A DNA stretch of 64,000 bases from an uncultured Actinomycetota bacterium (GTDB lineage Bacteria; Actinomycetota; Actinomycetes; Propionibacteriales; Nocardioidaceae): contig CAVSPN010000002.1 in the NCBI GenBank assembly GCA_963730035.1, positions 2,625,520-2,689,519 of the forward strand. Direction: 5' to 3'. The notes under the pieces are model-generated. The model had not been told where the DNA came from. It worked only from the letters and a program-made list of their open reading frames with translations, and ran no database searches. Shown in pieces: positions 20,739 through 29,008 of the stretch. The translations under genes were made by a program, and so were the position numbers. The number at the start of each line of letters is the position of its first letter. Position 1 is the first letter of the stretch.

Positions 20739-20894
20739 GGCGCGACGCTACCCACCCAACCCTCGTCCGACGCCGGTCCGCGACGGTCCGGAAGCGCGCG
20801 CCGCGGCCCGACACGCGGACTCCGGTCGGGCAGATGCTCGCGTCCGGCGCTGCGGGGGTCGAACATGACCCCACACGAGCGACCAGGAGGACCC

Positions 20895-22319
20895 ATGTCG
20901 ATGTTCAAGTGGGATGTCGTCTACGGCGGCGGGACGCCTCCGCCGGGCGCCGCGGTCGGGCCGCGCGAGCGGCTCAGCTGGGGCCGCACCGCGGGGCTCG
21001 GCGCCCAGCACGTCGTCGCGATGTTCGGCGCGACCTTCGTGTTCCCGCTGGTGATGGGGCTGGACGCGAACCTCGCGATCATGTTCTCCGGCATCTGCAC
21101 GATCCTGTTCCTGCTGATCTGCCAGAACCGGGTCCCGAGCTACCTCGGCACCAGCGCCTCGTTCGTGGCATCCGTGGCCGCGATCCGCAGCCAGGGCGGC
21201 GACTCCGCGGACGTCACCGGCGCGATCCTGGTGGCCGGGCTGGTCCTCGCGCTCGTGGGCGTCCTGGTGCACGTCAGCGGCTCCCGGCTCATCCACCGGG
21301 TCCTGCCGCCGGCGGTGACCGGTGCGGTCGTCATGCTCATCGGCTTCAACCTCGCGCCGGTCGTCGCGGGCGTCTACTGGCCGCAGGACCAGTGGATCGC
21401 GCTGCTGACCGCGGCGTTCATGGTCGCCGCCGCGGTGCTGCTGCCCGGCTTCTTCTCGCGCATCGCGGTCTTCCTCGCGCTGATCTTCGGCTACCTCCTC
21501 AGCTGGGTGGCGGACCTGCTCTTCGGCCCGATCACCTCGGTGCTCGGCGGCGCGACGGAGGCGACCAGCCACGACCGCGTCGACTGGTCCGGGGTCTCGG
21601 GCGCCTCCTGGATCGGCTTCCCGTCCGGCGAGCTCGGCGACGGCGTCAGCGTCGTCCACGGCCCGAGCTTCTCGCTCACGTTCATCCTCCTCGTGCTGCC
21701 CGGCGTCATCGCGCTCGTCGCGGAGAACACCGGCCACGTGAAGGCGGTCGCGGAGATGACGGGGGAGGACCTCGATCCCTACATGGGCCGCGCGATCGGG
21801 GCCGACGGTCTGGCGACCGCGTTCGCCAGCGCCTTCGGCGGCTCCCCGACCACGACGTACGCCGAGAACATCGGGGTCATGGGAGCGACGCGGGTCTACT
21901 CGACCGCGGCCTACTACGTCGCCGCTGCGGTGGCGATCCTGCTCGGCCTCTGCCCGAAGTTCGGGGCCGTCGTCAACGCGACCCCCGGCGGGGTCCTCGG
22001 CGGGATCACGATCGTGCTCTACGGGATGATCGGCCTGGTGGGCGCCAAGATCTGGGTCGAGAACCGCGTCGACTTCGGCGAGCCGATCAACCTCGTCGGG
22101 CTGTCCGCCGGCCTCATCGCCGGGATCGGCGGCGTCACGCTGCGCATCACCGACGACTTCGAGCTCGGCGGCATCGCCCTCGGCACGATCCTCGTCATCG
22201 GCTTCTTCCACATGGTCAACCTCGGCCGCCGCTCGGGCGCACCCGGGGTCGCGGCCGGCGGGGACGGGCCGGAGGGCTATCGGCCGGGCCACCGGAAGGC
22301 CGGCCTGGGCGAGCGGTGA
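20895..22319 (+). CDS. NCS2 family nucleobase permease, UraA/RutG (pyrimidine) type
   Basis: AGGAGG SD then ATG at 20895. 474 aa, multi-TM. The motif AENIGVMGATRVYS matches the uracil-permease subfamily rather than xanthine permeases. Confidence 0.9.
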   Translation: MSMFKWDVVYGGGTPPPGAAVGPRERLSWGRTAGLGAQHVVAMFGATFVFPLVMGLDANLAIMFSGICTILFLLICQNRVPSYLGTSASFVASVAAIRSQGGDSADVTGAILVAGLVLALVGVLVHVSGSRLIHRVLPPAVTGAVVMLIGFNLAPVVAGVYWPQDQWIALLTAAFMVAAAVLLPGFFSRIAVFLALIFGYLLSWVADLLFGPITSVLGGATEATSHDRVDWSGVSGASWIGFPSGELGDGVSVVHGPSFSLTFILLVLPGVIALVAENTGHVKAVAEMTGEDLDPYMGRAIGADGLATAFASAFGGSPTTTYAENIGVMGATRVYSTAAYYVAAAVAILLGLCPKFGAVVNATPGGVLGGITIVLYGMIGLVGAKIWVENRVDFGEPINLVGLSAGLIAGIGGVTLRITDDFELGGIALGTILVIGFFHMVNLGRRSGAPGVAAGGDGPEGYRPGHRKAGLGER

Positions 22320-23242
22320 AGCCCGCACCCTTCGACTACGCCCGGCCGGGCTCGGTGGCCGACGCCCTCGAGCAGCTGGCCCGGCCGGGCGCGAAGGTGC
22401 TCGCCGGCGGGCAGAGCCTCGTGCCACTGCTGTCGATGCGGCTCGCCGCTCCCGAGCTGCTCGTCGACGTCAACGGGCTCGAGGAGCTCGCCTACGTCGA
22501 GGCCGACCCCGCTTTCCCGGAGCAGGGGGTGCGGGTCGGCGCCCTGGCCCGCCACTCCGACGTGCTCGCGCACCCGGGTGCCCGCACGGTGCAGCCGCTG
22601 CTCGCGCGGGCGCTCCGGCTGGTCGCGCACCCGACGATCCGCAACCGCGGCACCACCGTCGGATCGATCGTCCACGCCGACGCCGCCGCCGAGATGCCGG
22701 CCGTCCTGGCGCTGCTCGGCGGCGGGGTCACCGCCGCCTCCCGGGCCGGCAGGCGGTACGTCGACGCGGCCGACCTCTTCGCCGGGCCACTGGAGTCCTC
22801 GCTGGGCGGCGACGAGCTCGCGGTGGAGGCGGTGTTCCCCGCGCTCGCGCCGACAGCGGGTGCGGCGATCGACGAGGTGTCGCGGCGCCACGGCGACTAC
22901 GCGCTGTGCGGGGTGGCGGCGCTCGTCGAGGCCGGTCCCGGGACCGGCGCGGGAGGCGGTTCCGTCACGGGGGACGAGCGGCCGGCGTCGGTCCGCGCCG
23001 GGTACTTCTCGGTCTGCGACGTCCCGACGGTCGTCGACCTGACCCCGGCACTCGAGGGCGGCCTCACCGACGCCGCCCTCGAGGACGCCGCCGACCTGGC
23101 GCTCGCCTCGCTGGACCCCCAGGAGGACATCCACGCGACCGCGGCGTACCGCACGCAGCTGGTGCGGGTCCTCACCCGTCGGGTCGTCCTCGCCGCGCAC
23201 ACGGAGTCGTCGGAGCGCGCACGTACGCTGTCGGCCTCATGA
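22316..23242 (+). CDS. Molybdo-hydroxylase FAD-binding (medium, CoxM-like) subunit
   Basis: GTGA overlap with the permease stop. KPAPFDYARPGSVADALE...AGGQSLVPLL FAD-binding motif. Confidence 0.85.
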   Translation: MKPAPFDYARPGSVADALEQLARPGAKVLAGGQSLVPLLSMRLAAPELLVDVNGLEELAYVEADPAFPEQGVRVGALARHSDVLAHPGARTVQPLLARALRLVAHPTIRNRGTTVGSIVHADAAAEMPAVLALLGGGVTAASRAGRRYVDAADLFAGPLESSLGGDELAVEAVFPALAPTAGAAIDEVSRRHGDYALCGVAALVEAGPGTGAGGGSVTGDERPASVRAGYFSVCDVPTVVDLTPALEGGLTDAALEDAADLALASLDPQEDIHATAAYRTQLVRVLTRRVVLAAHTESSERARTLSAS

Positions 23243-23772
23243 ACCGCCACGAGGTCCGGCTGAGCGTCAACGGGGTCGCGCACGACCTGGCGGTGCCGGC
23301 CCGACGGCTGCTGAGCGACGCGCTCCGCCACGACCTGCGGCTGACCGGGACCCACGTCGGCTGCGAGCACGGCGTCTGCGGGTCCTGCACGGTGCTGCTG
23401 GACGGCCGGCCGGTGCGCTCCTGCCTGGTGCTGGCCGTGTCGGCCGCGGGGGCCGAGGTCACGACCGTCGAGGGGCTGGCGCCGGCCGACGGCTCGCTCA
23501 GCCCGGTGCAGCAGGCGTTCCGCGACTGCCACGGGCTGCAGTGCGGGTTCTGCACGCCGGGTTTCCTCACGACCGTCACCGCCGGGCTCGCGGACAACCC
23601 CACGCCGACCCGTGAGGAGGCCCGCGAGATGGTGGCCGGGAACCTGTGCCGGTGCACCGGCTACCAGGGCATCGTCGCCGCGGTGCTCCGGGCCGCCGAG
23701 CTGACCGCGCCGACCGCCGTGACCGCCGTGGAGACCGACGCCGACCTCGTCGAGGACCGGGGCGGCGCGTGA
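23239..23772 (+). CDS. Molybdo-hydroxylase [2Fe-2S] (small, CoxS-like) subunit
   Basis: ATGA overlap. CEHGVCGSCTV and CGFCTPG...CRCTGY cluster motifs. Confidence 0.9.
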   Translation: MNRHEVRLSVNGVAHDLAVPARRLLSDALRHDLRLTGTHVGCEHGVCGSCTVLLDGRPVRSCLVLAVSAAGAEVTTVEGLAPADGSLSPVQQAFRDCHGLQCGFCTPGFLTTVTAGLADNPTPTREEAREMVAGNLCRCTGYQGIVAAVLRAAELTAPTAVTAVETDADLVEDRGGA

Positions 23773-26156
23773 CGACCAAGCTCGTCGGCGAGGGCGTCCG
23801 CCGCGTCGAGGACGACCGGCTGCTCCGCGGCCAGGGGCGCTACGTCGACGACGTCCTGCCCGGGGCGCTCGAGGTCGCGGTGGTCCGCAGCCCGCACGCC
23901 CACGCCCGGGTGCTCGACATCGACGTGGACGCCGTCCTCGACGTCGAGGGTGTCGTCGCGGTCTACACCTACGACGACCTGCTCGGCCCGATGGCCGACC
24001 CGCTGCCGCTGCTGATCCCGCACCCGGCGCTGACCCACGGCCGCACCCAGCACGCGCTCGCCAAGGACGAGGTCAACTACGTCGGCGAGGCGGTGGCGAT
24101 GGTCGTCGCGGAGGACCGGTACGTCGCGGAGGACGCGGTCGCGCTGGTCCGCGTCACCTACGAGGTGCTGCCGCCGGTCGTCGGCATCGACGCCGCTCGC
24201 AGAGCCGAGCGGCTGGTGCACGAGGACGTCCCGGGCAACGTCGGCGCCCGGCTCGAGCAGTCGAACGGCGACGCGGCCGGGGCGATCGCCGCCGCGCCGC
24301 ACCGGCTCAGCCTCGACCTCACCGTCGAGCGCAGCGCGTCGACGCCGCTGGAGGGTCGCGGCACCGCCGCGCGGTGGGACCCCGACAGCGGCCGGCTGCA
24401 GGTCTGGAGCTCCACCCAGACCTCGACCGGCCTCCGCGCGGCGATCGCCACCAAGCTCGTCCTCGACCTCGTGCAGGTCGACGTCATCACTCCCGACGTC
24501 GGCGGCGGCTTCGGCGTCAAGATCGTCCACCCGTGGCCCGAGGAGCTGCTGGTCCCGATGGCCGCCCGGGCGCTGGGACGGCCCGTCCGGTTCACCGAGG
24601 ACCGACGTGAGCACTTCATCTCCTCGGCCCACGAGCGCGGCCAGGTGCAGCACGTCGAGGTCGGGTTCGACGACGACGGCCGGCTGCTGGGGCTCGACGT
24701 CCGGTTCTGGCACGACCACGGCGCCTACACGCCGTACGGCCTCATCGTCCCGATCATCACCTCCACCCAGCTGCTCGGGCCGTACAAGCCCGGCGCCTAC
24801 TCGGTGGTCTTCGAGAGCCTCTACACCAACACCGTCATCGTCACGCCGTACCGCGGTGCCGGCCGGCCCCAGGGCGTCTACGCGATGGAGCGGACGATGG
24901 ACGCGATCGCGGCACACCTCGGCAAGGACCGCGCCGACGTCCGCGCGGTCAACCTCATCCAGCCCGACGAGTTCCCCTACGACCACGGACTGGTGTTCCA
25001 GGACGGTCGGCCGCTGGTCTACGACTCCGGGGACTACCCGGCCGGGCTCGCGAAGCTCAAGGCGCTCGTGGGCTGGGACGACTTCGAGGAGTTCCGCGCC
25101 GCGGCCCGGGCCGAGGGCCGCCGGGTCGGCATCGGGATGGCGCTCTACGTCGAGGGCACCGGCGTCGGCCCCTACGAGGGCGCTCACGTGCACGTCGAGA
25201 CGTCCGGCAAGGTCAAGGTCGCCATCGGCCTGACGTCGCAGGGTCAGGGACACCGCACCGCGTTCGCACAGATCGTCGCCGACGAGCTCGGCGTGCCGTT
25301 CGAGGACGTCGAGGTGACCAGCGGGGACACCCGGCGGATGCCGTACGCCGTCGGCACGTTCGCCTCCCGCGCCGCGGTGATGAGCGGGTCGGCGGTCGCG
25401 CTGACCGCCCGGGCGGTGAGGGCCAAGGCGCTGCGGATCGCCGCGGAGGCCCTGGAGGCCGACGAGAACGACCTCGAGATCGTCGACGGCCAGGTCCGGG
25501 TGAAGGGCGCCCCGGGGGCGCAGCTCGGGCTCGGGACGGTCGCCGTCCTGTCGAACCCGCTGCGCTACGCCTTCGACGAGGCGTCGAAGGCCGCCACCCA
25601 GTTCAGCGTCGGGGACCCGGGGAAGCCGCCCGTGGCCGAGGACGACGAGCCGGGCCTCGAGGCGCGGGACTTCTACTCCCCGGAGCGCTCGACGTTCGCC
25701 AGCGGGATGCACGCGGTGGTCGTCGAGACCGACCCGGACACCGCCGAGATCCGGATCCTCAAGTACGCCGTCGTCCACGACTGCGGCACGCTCATCAACC
25801 CGATGATCGTGGAGGGACAGATCCACGGCGGTGTCGCGCAGGGCGTCGGCGGGGCGCTCTACGAGCGGATGGCCTACGACGACAGCGGGCAGCTGCTCAA
25901 CGCGTCGTTCATGGACTTCCTCATGCCCTACGTGACCGAGGTCCCCGAGCAGATCGACATCGACCACCTCGAGACGCCTTCGCCGCTGAACCCGCTGGGG
26001 ATCAAGGGCGCGGGCGAGGCGGGGGTGATCCCGTCGGCGGCGGTGTTCGCCTCGGCGATCGAGGACGCGGAGGGCATCCCGGTCCGGGCGATGCCGATCT
26101 CGCCGTCGGAGCTGTTCGAGCTCCGCCGGCTGCACGCGAGCGGAGGACGCGCATGA
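23769..26156 (+). CDS. Molybdopterin-binding (large, CoxL-like) subunit of a xanthine dehydrogenase-family hydroxylase
   Basis: GTGA overlap, 795 aa. RVEDDRLLRGQGRYVDD N-terminus. The active-site loop is TPYRGAGRPQG (general/form-II type, not the CODH form-I VAYRCSFR loop). Confidence 0.9.
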   Translation: MTTKLVGEGVRRVEDDRLLRGQGRYVDDVLPGALEVAVVRSPHAHARVLDIDVDAVLDVEGVVAVYTYDDLLGPMADPLPLLIPHPALTHGRTQHALAKDEVNYVGEAVAMVVAEDRYVAEDAVALVRVTYEVLPPVVGIDAARRAERLVHEDVPGNVGARLEQSNGDAAGAIAAAPHRLSLDLTVERSASTPLEGRGTAARWDPDSGRLQVWSSTQTSTGLRAAIATKLVLDLVQVDVITPDVGGGFGVKIVHPWPEELLVPMAARALGRPVRFTEDRREHFISSAHERGQVQHVEVGFDDDGRLLGLDVRFWHDHGAYTPYGLIVPIITSTQLLGPYKPGAYSVVFESLYTNTVIVTPYRGAGRPQGVYAMERTMDAIAAHLGKDRADVRAVNLIQPDEFPYDHGLVFQDGRPLVYDSGDYPAGLAKLKALVGWDDFEEFRAAARAEGRRVGIGMALYVEGTGVGPYEGAHVHVETSGKVKVAIGLTSQGQGHRTAFAQIVADELGVPFEDVEVTSGDTRRMPYAVGTFASRAAVMSGSAVALTARAVRAKALRIAAEALEADENDLEIVDGQVRVKGAPGAQLGLGTVAVLSNPLRYAFDEASKAATQFSVGDPGKPPVAEDDEPGLEARDFYSPERSTFASGMHAVVVETDPDTAEIRILKYAVVHDCGTLINPMIVEGQIHGGVAQGVGGALYERMAYDDSGQLLNASFMDFLMPYVTEVPEQIDIDHLETPSPLNPLGIKGAGEAGVIPSAAVFASAIEDAEGIPVRAMPISPSELFELRRLHASGGRA

Positions 26157-26791
26157 GGCTGGCAGGTGAGGCGGTGCTGCACGCGCCGGTCGAGCAGGTG
26201 TGGGACGCGCTGCTCGATCCTGCGGTCCTGGTCCGGACGATCCCCGGCTGCGAACGGCTGGAGACGACCGGGGAGAACCGCTACGACATGACGGTGACGG
26301 CGGGCGTCGCGGCCATCCGCGGGACGTACGCCGGGACCTGCGAGCTCCGGGACCTCCGGCCCCACGAGCAGCTGCTCATGGCGGTCCAGGGAGCGGGCGC
26401 CCCGGGGACGATCTCGGCGGAGGTGACCGTGCGCTTCGAGCCGCGCGAGGACGGCACGCTGATCTCCTACGACGCGGACGCGGTCGTCGGCGGCATGCTC
26501 GGCGGGGTCGGGCAGCGGATGCTCGGATCGGTCAGCAAGCGGATGGCCGGGGAGTTCTTCGGCGCCGTGGACCAGGCGCTGGCAGGGGCCGGGGACGGGG
26601 CAGGTGCTGCTGGCGAGGGCACCGCCGGCACCGGGGCCTTCGCGGCCTCCGGCGACCGCGCGATGCCCGGGGTGTACGTCGACGCGGCTCGGACCGAGTC
26701 GTCGAGCGACCTCCTCCGGGGCATCGCCATCGGCGCCGGGCTGGTGCTGCTCGGTGTGGTCGCGGGCCGGCTGGGCGGCCGACCGAGGTGA
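26153..26791 (+). CDS. CoxG-like SRPBCC protein with C-terminal membrane anchor
   Basis: ATGA overlap. The CoxG-type N-domain reads VEQVWDALLDPAVLVRTIPGCERLE. C-terminal GIAIGAGLVLLGVVAG. Confidence 0.8.
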   Translation: MRLAGEAVLHAPVEQVWDALLDPAVLVRTIPGCERLETTGENRYDMTVTAGVAAIRGTYAGTCELRDLRPHEQLLMAVQGAGAPGTISAEVTVRFEPREDGTLISYDADAVVGGMLGGVGQRMLGSVSKRMAGEFFGAVDQALAGAGDGAGAAGEGTAGTGAFAASGDRAMPGVYVDAARTESSSDLLRGIAIGAGLVLLGVVAGRLGGRPR

Positions 26792-28200
26792 CCGACCTGT
26801 CGACGTACTCCCCGGCCGTCGACCAGGTCGCCGCGGTCCGCGCGGGGGAGGTGTCCGCACGGGAGCTCCTCGACCTGCACCTCGACCGGATCGCCGCGGT
26901 CAACCCGCGGGTCAACGCCGTCGTCAGCATCGACGAGGAGCGGGCCCGCAGCGCCGCCGCGGCGGCCGACGAGCGGCAGGCCCGCGGGGAGGCGCTCGGT
27001 CCGCTGCACGGGCTGCCGTGGGCGTTCAAGGACACCCACGAGGTCGCCGGCTGGCGCACGACGTACGGGTCGCCGCTGCGCGTCGACCACGTGCCGGAGG
27101 CCGACGAGGAGGTCGTCGCCAGGATCCGCCGCGCCGGCGCGGTCGTGCTGGGGCGGACGAACGTGCCGGAGTTCGCCGCCGGCTCGCACACCTTCAACCG
27201 TGTGTTCGGGACGACCCGCAACCCCTACGACCTGACCCGGTCGGCCGGCGGGTCGAGCGGGGGAGCGGCCGCCGCCCTCGCCAGCGGGATGCTGCCGCTG
27301 GCCGACGGGTCCGACATGGGCGGGTCCCTGCGCAACCCGGCGTCGTTCTGCAACGTCGTCGGGCTCCGGCCGTCGCTGGGCCGGGTGCCGCAGTGGCCGG
27401 CGGCGAACGCCTGGGAGACCACGGGGGTGAGCGGCCCGCTCGGACGCACCGTCGAGGACGTCGCGCTGCTGCTCTCGGTGATCGCCGGACCGCACCCGCG
27501 GGTGTCCACCGCGTCGGAGACACCGGGGTCGTCCTTCGCCCCGCCGCTGCGCGGTTCGCTCGCCGGGCTGCGGGTCGCGCTGTCGGCCGACCTCGGCGGT
27601 GCGTTCGCGGTCGAGCCGGACGTCGCAGCGGTCGTGGCAGCGGCCGGGGAGGTCTTCGCCGCCGGCGGTGCCACCGTCGTCGCGGCGGCGCCCGACCTCC
27701 GCGAGGCCGAGGACACCTTCCGGACGCTGCGCGCGTGGCTGTTCTGGCACACGTACGGCGACCTGCTCGGGCAGCATCCCGACGGGTTCAAGGAGTCGCT
27801 CGCGGCCAACATCCGGGCGGGTGCGGACCTGACCGGCGCCGACGTCTGGCGGGCCTACCGGCAGCGCACGCTGCTGGAGGACCGGATGACGGGCTTCTTC
27901 GCCGACCACGACGTGCTGGTGATGCCGGTGAGCCAGGTGCCGCCGTTCCCCGCGGACCGCGAGTTCCCCGCGACGGTCGCCGGCAGGGAGCTGACGTCCT
28001 ACCTCGACTGGATGGCGTCGGCGTACCTCATCACGGTCACCGGGTGCCCGGCGATCTCGGTTCCCGGCGGCACCACTCCGGAGGGCCTCCCGGTCGGCGT
28101 GCAGCTGGTGGCAAGACCGCGTGCCGAGCGCCGGCTGCTCGAGGTGGCGTGGGCGTTCGAGCAGGCCACGCGGCACGGCGAGCGGCGGCCCGCGCTCTGA
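26788..28200 (+). CDS. Amidase-signature family amidase
   Basis: GTGA overlap. GGSSGGAAAALASG signature, plus FKDT and GSDMGGSLR motifs. Confidence 0.9.
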   Translation: MTDLSTYSPAVDQVAAVRAGEVSARELLDLHLDRIAAVNPRVNAVVSIDEERARSAAAAADERQARGEALGPLHGLPWAFKDTHEVAGWRTTYGSPLRVDHVPEADEEVVARIRRAGAVVLGRTNVPEFAAGSHTFNRVFGTTRNPYDLTRSAGGSSGGAAAALASGMLPLADGSDMGGSLRNPASFCNVVGLRPSLGRVPQWPAANAWETTGVSGPLGRTVEDVALLLSVIAGPHPRVSTASETPGSSFAPPLRGSLAGLRVALSADLGGAFAVEPDVAAVVAAAGEVFAAGGATVVAAAPDLREAEDTFRTLRAWLFWHTYGDLLGQHPDGFKESLAANIRAGADLTGADVWRAYRQRTLLEDRMTGFFADHDVLVMPVSQVPPFPADREFPATVAGRELTSYLDWMASAYLITVTGCPAISVPGGTTPEGLPVGVQLVARPRAERRLLEVAWAFEQATRHGERRPAL

Positions 28201-28206
28201 CCGTGT

Positions 28207-28258
28207 TGAGCCGCCCCCGGTGACCGGTCGGGCCGCCCGCCATGGCGGGCGGCTCGAC
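28207..28258. repeat. GC-rich intergenic repeat with 32-bp near-perfect palindrome (candidate bidirectional terminator)
   Basis: TGAGCCGCCCCCGGTGACCGG followed by GTCGGGCCGCCCGCCATGGCGGGCGGCTCGAC (28227-28258, one mismatch). It lies between the convergent amidase and NmrA-like genes. Confidence 0.7.
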
Positions 28259-28264
28259 GTGGCG

Positions 28265-28909
28265 TCAGTGGGCGACGTGGAACCTGCGCCGGTGGTGGCG
28301 CGGCTGCTCGATCTCGTCGAGGACGGCCAGCGCGAGGTCGGCGGCCGAGAGGTGGGACTCGCCGGCCTCGTCCTTGAGCAGCACGTCGTCGCTGGTTCGG
28401 TACTGCCCGGTGACCTGCTGCGGGAGCCAGGCGCCGAACTCGATGGCCGGGCTGACGTAGAACCAGTCCAGCGACTCCGGCGCACCCTTCAGCGCGTCGA
28501 GCAGCGCGAGGCCGGTCTCGATCTCGGGGAGCACCTCGGGCGCGGGGTCGCTGACGTCGAAGAAGCGGGCACCGCCCTCCTCGACGAGGACCGAGGACAC
28601 TCCGCCGAGGACGCCGAGGCGGACCCCGGCCGCGTCCGCGAGCCGGATCAGCTCGTCCACGACCCCTTCGACCTTGCCGGCCATGTCCCCACGCGGAGAC
28701 AGCGTCTCGAACACGACGTCGGTGTCGCGCACCGTGCCGGCCAGGAGCTCGGGGTCGAGCAGCGAGCCGGTGACGTACTCGACGCCCGGCACCGGCTGCG
28801 TCGGCGGTCGGCGGCTGTACGACGTGACGGTGTGATCTCGTTTCGCCGCCTCGCGGACGACTGCCTCACCGGCGAAGCCAGTGCCTCCGAGGACCGTGAT
28901 CCGAGCCAT
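28265..28909 (-). CDS. NAD(P)H-binding (NmrA/atypical SDR-like) protein
   Basis: MARITVLGGTGFAGEAVV Rossmann motif, 214 aa. Confidence 0.8.
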   Translation of the reverse strand: MARITVLGGTGFAGEAVVREAAKRDHTVTSYSRRPPTQPVPGVEYVTGSLLDPELLAGTVRDTDVVFETLSPRGDMAGKVEGVVDELIRLADAAGVRLGVLGGVSSVLVEEGGARFFDVSDPAPEVLPEIETGLALLDALKGAPESLDWFYVSPAIEFGAWLPQQVTGQYRTSDDVLLKDEAGESHLSAADLALAVLDEIEQPRHHRRRFHVAH

Positions 28910-28942
28910 GGGTGCTCCCTGTCGGGTCGAGGGGCGCGAACC

Positions 28943-29008
28943 CCGGTGGGTGGACCGGTGGGTGGACCGGTGGGTGGGTCAGGCGGTGGCGGTGGCGGTG
29001 GCGGTGGC
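28943..29008. repeat. G-rich microsatellites: 12-bp x3 (CCGGTGGGTGGA) then 6-bp x4.5 (GGCGGT)
   Basis: The 12-bp units start at 28943, 28955 and 28967. The hexamer run (28982-29008) encodes the ATATATATA C-terminus of the MFS gene on the minus strand. Confidence 0.8.

Noticed and set aside
20739-20894. Riboswitch or operator in the divergent intergenic region of the catabolic divergon.
   Set aside because: I could not recognise any known riboswitch core or a convincing palindrome by eye. It is left unannotated rather than guessed.
22316-26791. Aerobic carbon monoxide dehydrogenase (coxMSL-coxG).
   Set aside because: The large subunit has the AYRGAGR-type loop (TPYRGAGRPQG), not the form-I CODH VAYRCSFR loop. 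The operon also starts with a nucleobase permease and ends with an amidase, pointing to N-heterocycle hydroxylation.
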